Part shown: positions 45,818 through 52,438 of the stretch, in pieces | Position numbering within the stretch: the first letter of the stretch is position 1 | Layout of the letters: every line of letters begins with the position of its first letter | Virus record (IMG/VR): IMGVR_UViG_3300016656_000038 | Location: 1-52,438 of that record | From: a virus | Lineage: Duplodnaviria > Caudoviricetes | Direction: 5' to 3' (one strand) | DNA: 52,438 nt | Notes under the pieces: model-generated | Database searches by the model: none | The model's input: only the letters and a program-made list of their open reading frames with translations | What the model was told of the DNA's origin: nothing | Position numbers and translations under genes: made by a program

Positions 45818-46254
45818 CAGGGGATCGGGGTCTCGACCGGCGAGGCCGTGAACTTGATCGTGATGTTGAAGCGGCCAGACTGGCGACGTTCCCAGGACTT
45901 CTCGCGGTTCGTGCAGACGGCCGGGCCAGTGATCCGAACGCCTTCCTTGAGGTCGACGATGCGGATGTTCTTCGTCAGGCCGCCCCGAATCCAAGGATCG
46001 ATCTTGGCCTTCTGGTCCTTGTCGACGTAACCCTGAATCTGGAGGGTGTCACCGACGGCCGTCACGGTCGGGCTGATATACCCGGGCTTGTCGTCGTCCT
46101 CGCAGTCCGGGAGGTCTTCGGTCGTTTCGTTGGTCGCGGTCGTCCAGTTATAGGACGTGATCCCGCACATGGATGTGAAGAGTTCCGTCGGGGTCTCGCC
46201 GCCGCCGAAGAGGAGCGAGATGTCCTGGAACTTGGTAGTGTCCTGCGTTGCCAT
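45817..46254 (-). CDS. Major tail tube protein
   Basis: CGITS...LPDCEDDD motif; position. Confidence 0.78.
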   Translation of the reverse strand: MATQDTTKFQDISLLFGGGETPTELFTSMCGITSYNWTTATNETTEDLPDCEDDDKPGYISPTVTAVGDTLQIQGYVDKDQKAKIDPWIRGGLTKNIRIVDLKEGVRITGPAVCTNREKSWERRQSGRFNITIKFTASPVETPIP

Positions 46255-46320
46255 GGGGCTTAGGGGTCTCCAAAGTAAAAGCCGGCGGGATTGCCGGATC
46301 GCCTCGAAGTCCCCCTGGTT

Positions 46321-46782
46321 TCAGGCCTCTTCGGCCGTCCGCGCGGAGAACTCGACCCGCGCATGATAAGCGCCCGGTTCGTCGTCGTCGATGCGGACGA
46401 TGCTATTCGTCGCGAAGAGTTCCACAACCTCGGGAACCGGACCCTCCTCGCCGGGCTCCAGCTGGAGTTCCAAGGCGGTTCGCGACAGCGCCTTCTTGAT
46501 CCGTTTCACCGCCTTGAAGGCCTCGGCTTCCGCGTCGGGGAGTGCATCGGTCGGCTTGACGAACTCGTTAACGAAGAAGGTCCGCTCTTCCCCGATGGAG
46601 CAGGAATCTTCGTCCGCGACGGCGTCGTCGATCTCGACCCGCTGGAAGGGCCAGCCGGGGATCGGGCTCGGGGACGTCTTCCCATAGACGCGGTCTGCGA
46701 CCCGGGCGGCGTTGGCGGGATCAGCGAGAAGCCTCGCGATGACCCCGCCCCGCAGCGCGAGACCGTGGTCGGTCTCGGCCAT
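46321..46782 (-). CDS. Tail terminator (DUF3168-like)
   Basis: VADRVY..WPF; position. Confidence 0.7.
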   Translation of the reverse strand: MAETDHGLALRGGVIARLLADPANAARVADRVYGKTSPSPIPGWPFQRVEIDDAVADEDSCSIGEERTFFVNEFVKPTDALPDAEAEAFKAVKRIKKALSRTALELQLEPGEEGPVPEVVELFATNSIVRIDDDEPGAYHARVEFSARTAEEA

Positions 46783-46785
46783 GGA

Positions 46786-47046
46786 TCAGCCCTTCGTCTT
46801 CGTGTCGCCAGCCGGGGCTTCGGCGGGCTTGCGGTCGACGACCTGACCGGACTTGTCGGTCCCCTTGTCGGCCGGCGCCGGGACTTCCTCGGCCGCATTG
46901 GCTTCGAGAAGTTGCTTCAGCTGGTCGGTCGTCACCGGGACGGGTTCATCGCTGGCGACGAAGTCCGCCTCCGACATCGGCTTTCCCGCCTTCGACCGCT
47001 TCAGGGTAACGGTGTGGTTCTTCAGGATTTTGGCCCATTTGGTCAC
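46786..47046 (-). CDS. Hypothetical virion-region protein
   Basis: Coupled ORF in the neck cluster. Confidence 0.55.
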   Translation of the reverse strand: MTKWAKILKNHTVTLKRSKAGKPMSEADFVASDEPVPVTTDQLKQLLEANAAEEVPAPADKGTDKSGQVVDRKPAEAPAGDTKTKG

Positions 47047-47465
47047 GTCTGCGCTCCTTTTCTTGCTACGCGCGCGACTGCTTTTCTCACGAGTTCGGTC
47101 GCGGCGCTACGCTCCTTCCGGGCGGCCGGTCCCATGAATGGGCGCGCGGCCATCTTCGAGGTTCCCAGTTCGAGCGCCGCCGAATAGGGCGCATTCGACG
47201 TCACCTTGACCTTCATGTTCTTGCGGTCGCCGGTCGTTTCGATGCTGGTATCCAGAAGCCGGGTGTCCGCGTTGGGGGGCTCTCCGGGCGCGCTGGGGAC
47301 GTGGTTCTTACCCGAGACCGACCCGGACGTGATCGAGAGTTCGGCCGCGATCTCGATCCGGTTCCCAGCCGCGAACAGAGCCTTGAAGATTTCGTCTTCC
47401 ATCTCCCGGCTGGTCAGGCGGCCCAAGAGATCGCTATGGGCCTTCGCGCCGGTGATCTTCGCCAT
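47043..47465 (-). CDS. HK97 gp10-like neck protein
   Basis: SAPGEPPNADT..YSAALELGTSKMAARPFMGPA. Confidence 0.85.
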   Translation of the reverse strand: MAKITGAKAHSDLLGRLTSREMEDEIFKALFAAGNRIEIAAELSITSGSVSGKNHVPSAPGEPPNADTRLLDTSIETTGDRKNMKVKVTSNAPYSAALELGTSKMAARPFMGPAARKERSAATELVRKAVARVARKGAQT

Positions 47466-47884
47466 CAGGGTTCCTCGGGCTGTTCCGGCGCGGGAGGGAC
47501 GATCTCGGCCTCGATGGGCGTCCCCCGGAAGGTCCAGGCGGCCATCGCGGGGTCTTGGGCGATGGGAGCCGCGACCCTATGGGTCTGGCCCCGCAAGTTG
47601 CAGACGTCGCCCTCGACCGGCTCCGGGATGGGCTCGCCGGTTGGCGTCAGCTGCAACATGACGATCTGAACGTCGCGGTTCCCATAGCCGTTCGACCGCA
47701 TCCGGTCGGTCACGGTCTCATAGAACGCCTTGCAGTCCAGGGCGGGCGGTCGCTGGCCCTGGATGATCCGCCCCCGGTCGTCGCGGGTCTGGGCGGTGAT
47801 CTGACGCTGGAACTTGCCCGTCAGGAGGATGGCCCCGAAGGCCCCAAGGGCGACGCGCTGGAGACCGCCGTCGAGGAGCCCCAT
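47465..47884 (-). CDS. Head-closure protein
   Basis: Position; QDPAMAAW motif. Confidence 0.6.
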   Translation of the reverse strand: MGLLDGGLQRVALGAFGAILLTGKFQRQITAQTRDDRGRIIQGQRPPALDCKAFYETVTDRMRSNGYGNRDVQIVMLQLTPTGEPIPEPVEGDVCNLRGQTHRVAAPIAQDPAMAAWTFRGTPIEAEIVPPAPEQPEEP

Positions 47885-48366
47885 CAGCCGTTCCCCTGCC
47901 AGGCGGACGCCAGACCAGGCAGACGGGGGACGTCTCGGGCGTTCGGGTTCGTCAGAGCGTCGGCGCCGCCGCCAGTGACCAGCGGACCGCCCGCGAAGCG
48001 CGCCGCGATGGCGAGGAACCGCTGGCCGTAGGTCGTCGAGTTCAGCCCGTCGAGGAAGGCGTTCCCGGTCCGGGATGCATCGCTCTTGTCGAACTGGGAG
48101 AGCGACAGGGAACCCAGCTTGATCGACTGGAAGTTCCCCACGCCTTCCGCGTTCAGCTGGGCCTCGGTTCCCGCCCCGATCCCGTCCAGCGTCAGGACGT
48201 GCGCCGCGTAAAGCATCCGCCCCATGGCGAAGTCACCCTCGGGCCAGCTTTCGTCGACGACGCGCGCGGCTTCGTCGAGACCCTGCTGGAGGACGGATTC
48301 GTCAACGGCGGCGAACTTCGGGAAGCGCGCCTTCATCTGGGCGGGGGTCGGGGGGGAATAGGCCAT
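47884..48366 (-). CDS. Head-tail adaptor (DUF4054-like)
   Basis: RFPKF..LYAAHVL..TTYGQRF. Confidence 0.8.
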   Translation of the reverse strand: MAYSPPTPAQMKARFPKFAAVDESVLQQGLDEAARVVDESWPEGDFAMGRMLYAAHVLTLDGIGAGTEAQLNAEGVGNFQSIKLGSLSLSQFDKSDASRTGNAFLDGLNSTTYGQRFLAIAARFAGGPLVTGGGADALTNPNARDVPRLPGLASAWQGNG

Positions 48367-48369
48367 GGG

Positions 48370-49158
48370 TTAGACTGCCTCGCCGGTGTCGGCCTCGCGG
48401 GCCTTCTTCAAGAGGGTTTCGCGCTTGGCGTTCGGATGGGGTTCCTTCCCGGTCTGGGCCAGGATGAACTTCCGCAGGGCCGCATCGTCCATGTCGTCGA
48501 AGTGGTCCTTCCGGTCGCCGTCAGCACCGACCCCGGGGGCCTGCTGGGACTGGTTTTCGCCGGTCTGGTCGGTCGTTTCAGCACCGGCCGCGCCGCCCGG
48601 CTTCAGGTCGCCGTCCGGGTCGAACTTGGCGAACGGCTCGAAGGCGGCCTCGATGGCGTCAAGGACCAGCTGGACGTCGGAGAAGTTCTGGATGTCGAAC
48701 GCCTTCAGGACCTTCTCGACGAACGGGCCGACCGTGTAGGTCTTGGTTTCGTCGTCTCCCTCGCGGGCCTCGGCTTCCTTGGTCAACCGATCGATCTCTT
48801 CGGCCTGGCGCTGGATGGTCTCCTCGCGGTTCTCCAGGTCGGCCTTGATGCTCTCCAGAGCCTTGTCGACGGCTTCCTGGATGCCCTCGCCGGAGATCGC
48901 GACGGTCTGCGTCTTGGGGCTCTCGCCATTCTGGGCCGGCGCGTCCGATCCGGTCGGAAGAGCGATCTCGCCCATGTCCTCCAGTTCGACCTCGGGCTTA
49001 TCGCCCATCGCCATCTTCTGGAGCAGCTGGAAGACGTTGTCCGCGACCTCCAAGGTCTCGGTCTGGCCGCGCGCGAGGGTCGTCGGGTCCTTCTTGCCTA
49101 GTTCAGGCCAGCCTCTCGGCCCAAGCGCCAGATTGGTAACTGATACGCGCCTTCCCAT
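48370..49158 (-). CDS. Hypothetical acidic protein after MCP
   Basis: AAGGAG RBS; C-terminal small helical domain (LRKFI..GKEPHPNAKRETL). Confidence 0.65.
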   Translation of the reverse strand: MGRRVSVTNLALGPRGWPELGKKDPTTLARGQTETLEVADNVFQLLQKMAMGDKPEVELEDMGEIALPTGSDAPAQNGESPKTQTVAISGEGIQEAVDKALESIKADLENREETIQRQAEEIDRLTKEAEAREGDDETKTYTVGPFVEKVLKAFDIQNFSDVQLVLDAIEAAFEPFAKFDPDGDLKPGGAAGAETTDQTGENQSQQAPGVGADGDRKDHFDDMDDAALRKFILAQTGKEPHPNAKRETLLKKAREADTGEAV

Positions 49159-49233
49159 CGGGTGATCTCCTTCGTCGAGGGGGTTCGGAGCGGGGACGAT
49201 AGCGCATCACGCACGATGCGGCGAGCGGCCACG

Positions 49234-49267
49234 AAAAAGCCCGTCCAGCGGCGGGCCAGACGGGCTT
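49234..49267 (-). terminator. Terminator 3 after MCP
   Basis: AAGCCCGTC/GACGGGCTT stem with T run. Confidence 0.65.
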
Positions 49268-49380
49268 CTGTCGACTTCTCCAACCCGGCGGTTCTCGGCT
49301 CCCCTTACCCGCCCGGCCGGTCCTTCGTTCGACGCCTTGTCCCCTGGGCCTCAAATCCCAGGGCGTCCCCCTCATACGAC

Positions 49381-49409
49381 AAAGGCCCCTCCGTTTCCAG
49401 AGGGGCCTT
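49381..49409 (-). terminator. Terminator 2 after MCP
   Basis: AAGGCCCCTC/GAGGGGCCTT stem. Confidence 0.6.
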
Positions 49410-49546
49410 CTCGGGCTGGGCCGGGGACCGGGAGCAAGGGTTCTTCTCTAACCTCGGACGGCGCCCTTCCCGGAAACGCCGCCCCTATGACTTTCCCCAC
49501 CTTTCGGCAAAGGCCTCTCGGGGTGTATGGCCGAACCATGAATGAC

Positions 49547-49574
49547 AAAGGCCCCCGGCGTCAACCGGGGGCCT
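49547..49574 (-). terminator. Terminator 1 after MCP
   Basis: AGGCCCCCGG/CCGGGGGCCT stem followed by TT. Confidence 0.65.
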
Positions 49575-49606
49575 CCGATCTCCTCCAGGCGAACCCGGAG
49601 ACGCCG

Positions 49607-50554
49607 TCAGGAGATGCCGTCGACGTAGCGGATATAGACCGGGCGCTTCACGTCCAGGCCACCCAGACGGAAGATTCCGGGGACCTCATAGATCAGCGGG
49701 CCAGTCCGCATCGGGTCGAGGAAGCGGTGACGCATGGGGACGTGCATCTTTAGGACCTTGGGGTCCTTCCGATAAATCACCATCCGGCCCGAGCCGCCCT
49801 GACCAGCCGTTTCCAGACCGCGAACCGGCTCGATGGTCAGCGCTTGGCGCGAGCGCGCCGTGACCAGGTTCTTCTTCGCGATCCAGTCGAGGATCGTGTC
49901 GTCGCCTTGTGGGTGAAGGCGGGTCGTCGCCAGATAGGCGAAGTCCTCGGGCGGAAGAAGGACCGTGTCGGGCATCCCGGTCATGCCGGAGGCGACCCAG
50001 ACGGCAGTCAGGTTGTCGTTGAAGTCCCGAAGGATTTCATCGGCCGACTTGTTGCGCCATTGGGTCGAGGTCCCGGCTTGGTTCTGGGCGGCCAGAACGG
50101 CCGTGATGCCCGGATAGTCCAGCAGGCCGAAGAAGTTCTTGTCCGAGTTGCCGCGCAGGGCGATTTCGTCGGTGAAGAACTCATAGGCCTGCTTCGCCGC
50201 GTCGGCCTTGTCGGTCGTCAGAGCAACGCCGGCAAGCTGCGCCTGGGAGAGTTCTTCCAGGTTGTAGCCGTAGCCGATAGCCGCCATCTCGACGGTCGTT
50301 TCGTATTTCTGGCGGTCGACGTCCGCGCGGGGAACGTCGCGGGCGTTGGCGTGGAACCAGTCCGCCTTACCGACCACGTCCGAAGAGTAGTAGGTGACGG
50401 TTTTGGTCCACTCGGGAGCCGAGAAGTCGACGGGGATCAAGTCCGGGTATTGAACCTCGGGATACTCGATCTTCTCGACTTCCGTCTCGATGTGGGTCGC
50501 CTGGTTCTGAAGGTAGGTCAGAGCGGCCTGGGCGTCGATCAGCTTAACGGTCAT
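49607..50554 (-). CDS. Major capsid protein (DUF2184 family)
   Basis: GYGYNLEEL..GLLDYP..GGLDVKRP. Confidence 0.88.
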   Translation of the reverse strand: MTVKLIDAQAALTYLQNQATHIETEVEKIEYPEVQYPDLIPVDFSAPEWTKTVTYYSSDVVGKADWFHANARDVPRADVDRQKYETTVEMAAIGYGYNLEELSQAQLAGVALTTDKADAAKQAYEFFTDEIALRGNSDKNFFGLLDYPGITAVLAAQNQAGTSTQWRNKSADEILRDFNDNLTAVWVASGMTGMPDTVLLPPEDFAYLATTRLHPQGDDTILDWIAKKNLVTARSRQALTIEPVRGLETAGQGGSGRMVIYRKDPKVLKMHVPMRHRFLDPMRTGPLIYEVPGIFRLGGLDVKRPVYIRYVDGIS

Positions 50555-50571
50555 TGGGTCTTCGCCCTCCC

Positions 50572-51330
50572 TTACAGATGCGAGACGCGAACTTGGACCA
50601 GTTCGCCGTTGGCGGTCGCGCTGGTCTCGAAGGTCACGTTCGGAAGTTCCCGACCGCCCGCAGCGACGTGCCGCTTCGTGGTCGGATCGAAGAAGGCTTG
50701 ATTGCCAGCCTTCACGGCGCCACCGGCGACAACCCAGATGACGCCGTCGACCAGCAGGCCCATGTTGTCGCCCTTGCGGAACGTATCAACCGGGGTGCCT
50801 TCGGAGCGAACCAGGGTTTTGTCCTCGATGGTGTAGCCTCGGAAGGCGGTTCCGCCCTCTTCAGCGTCGACGGTGATGCGGAAAGAGTCGCCCGTCGCGA
50901 AGTCGGTCGCGCCGTCCGCAATGGTGAAGGGACCGATGCCGCCCAGAGTAGCGGGGACGCCGACCTTCACGGTTCCCAGATATTCGCCGTCCGGGTTCTC
51001 CATGCGGAAGGAGCCGCCGTTTGCAGCGGGGGTTTCTTCCGCGACCAGCGTATAGACGCCAGCCTGGGCGCCCGCGCCAGCGGTCGGGGCGGCGGTGATC
51101 GTGCCGTTCCCGGTGTTGCCAGCGGCCGCGACGGCGGCGGCGATCAGCGCCTCGGAGCCCAGCAGGAGGGCGCCCTTATCGCTGACGCCCTGAACGACCG
51201 GAAGGCCGAAGCCGATCCCGTCGGGGGTCTCGCAAAGTCGAGTGATGGAGTTCTGGGTCTCCATGTTGACGACCAGGCCAGGCCGGCCCGGGCGCATCGT
51301 TTGCGTGTAGGAGGTTTGAATAGCCGGCAT
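50572..51330 (-). CDS. Capsid cement/decoration protein
   Basis: IGFGLPVVQG..GVIWV with an inserted GNTGNGT..FATGDSF domain; upstream of MCP. Confidence 0.7.
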   Translation of the reverse strand: MPAIQTSYTQTMRPGRPGLVVNMETQNSITRLCETPDGIGFGLPVVQGVSDKGALLLGSEALIAAAVAAAGNTGNGTITAAPTAGAGAQAGVYTLVAEETPAANGGSFRMENPDGEYLGTVKVGVPATLGGIGPFTIADGATDFATGDSFRITVDAEEGGTAFRGYTIEDKTLVRSEGTPVDTFRKGDNMGLLVDGVIWVVAGGAVKAGNQAFFDPTTKRHVAAGGRELPNVTFETSATANGELVQVRVSHL

Positions 51331-51332
51331 GG

Positions 51333-52438
51333 TCAGGCGGCGTCCTTCTTGGCTTTCCAACGGTTCGCCATGCGTTCCTCATAGGAGGAGCCCTTGGCGT
51401 CGTTCGTCGGGTTGGGTTCAGGCTTCAGCGCGTCGCGCAGTCCGCCGGGGGGCTGGTTGTCCCGAGCGCCCGTCTGCTCGGCGGGTTCTTGGTCGACCAG
51501 GTAGTCGAAGGCGCCGACGAAGAAGCTGTCGGCCTTGTCCTTCACCTTGTCCTCGCCCTGGCGGGCGGTGACAGCGGCCTTCTTGATCTCCAGGTCCGAG
51601 AGGCCGTCGACGACCAGTTTGTCGTCTCCAGCAACGCGGCGCGCGTCGGTGATCAGTTGCGCGCGAGCGGCGACGCGGGCGTCCAGGGCGGCGGTGTCTT
51701 CCACCTTCGCCGTCAGTTCCGCGATCTCCGTATCCTTGGCCGCCAGGGCCTCGGAATGGGCGGTCGCGGCCGCGCTGGCGGCGCCGGCGGCGGCGTCCAG
51801 CTGGGTTTGAAGATCGGCGGCCTTCTTCGTCAGGCTGTCGATGACGGCGAAGGATTCCTCCGTCCCCTCGACCAGGCCGACCCCGTCGATCATTCGTTTC
51901 TTCAGGCCATCGGCCATAGCCGGTTCTCCTCGGCAGTTGCAGGGTTGCTCGGACGCGCAATCCGCGACGGGCGTCGGGCTCTTGTCGAGAACCCGGCAAT
52001 CGCCGCCACACCGCCCCGCGTCCACAAGGGCGACGTGATTTCCGATGATGTTCCGCTGGATGCCGTCATAGGCCTTCCCGGCGTCACGTTGACCTTCCGG
52101 GACGATCCCGGGGGTCCAGTCGATGTCGGTGTCGTAACCGTTCGAGAGTTCGTTCTTCCCGCCCTTCAGCTTGTCGATGATCGACTTCGCGCTGAAGGTG
52201 ATCGGGGCCTTCAGGAAGTCGCCGTCCCGGTAGGGCCGACCGACCCAACCCTTCGCCAGGCGCTCCGAGTTGTCGGGGGTGACGTCCTCCGACGGATGGT
52301 CATCCGTCAGGGCGACGGAGTCGAAGGATGCAATCGAGGCATCGCTGAAGACTTCGCTCTCTGGGCGCCAGACGTTGACCATCTCGCCCGGGCGGCGGTC
52401 TTTCAGGCCCAGTTCCCCGGCCGAATAGGCCTGGATGC
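51333..52438 (-). CDS. DUF2213 head maturation/scaffold protein (3' part; start at 110 across the junction)
   Basis: TDDHP, ELSNGY, QRNIIGNHVALVDAGRCG. Confidence 0.88.
   Translation of the reverse strand, partial: IQAYSAGELGLKDRRPGEMVNVWRPESEVFSDASIASFDSVALTDDHPSEDVTPDNSERLAKGWVGRPYRDGDFLKAPITFSAKSIIDKLKGGKNELSNGYDTDIDWTPGIVPEGQRDAGKAYDGIQRNIIGNHVALVDAGRCGGDCRVLDKSPTPVADCASEQPCNCRGEPAMADGLKKRMIDGVGLVEGTEESFAVIDSLTKKAADLQTQLDAAAGAASAAATAHSEALAAKDTEIAELTAKVEDTAALDARVAARAQLITDARRVAGDDKLVVDGLSDLEIKKAAVTARQGEDKVKDKADSFFVGAFDYLVDQEPAEQTGARDNQPPGGLRDALKPEPNPTNDAKGSSYEERMANRWKAKKDAA
52417..52438. repeat. Terminal direct repeat, right copy
   Basis: Identical to 1-22. Confidence 0.95.

Overview
The window looks like a complete, circularly assembled ~52.4 kb genome of a GC-rich long-tailed (siphovirus-like) dsDNA phage. 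The host is probably alphaproteobacterial (Caulobacteraceae-like), inferred from GC content and from DUF3489, GapR-like and GTA-like tail genes. A 22-bp end overlap splits the DUF2213 head gene. Layout: (i) minus-strand late region, terS-terL-portal-MuF-[junction]-DUF2213-cement-MCP-neck-tail-lysis-tRNA; (ii) plus-strand early region, 5.36-12.6 kb; (iii) minus-strand replication/methylase arm, 12.6-20.6 kb; (iv) plus-strand recombination/accessory arm, 20.7-29.6 kb. I recognised no integrase, DNA polymerase or CRISPR array. Main observations: a complete type II hammerhead ribozyme whose loop can pair with the Shine-Dalgarno of the next gene; 11 unrelated proteins sharing a C-terminal E-[A/F]-[I/V] tail; a repeated leader element (CGCCAA-loop hairpin with compensatory stems plus an ATCGAGAC box); a portal fused to an Acb1-like 2H phosphodiesterase; a two-gene QueF-like/DpdA-like module alongside four DNA methyltransferases; and an initiator-type tRNA with unusual bases. 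All family assignments come from motif recognition by eye, not database searches.
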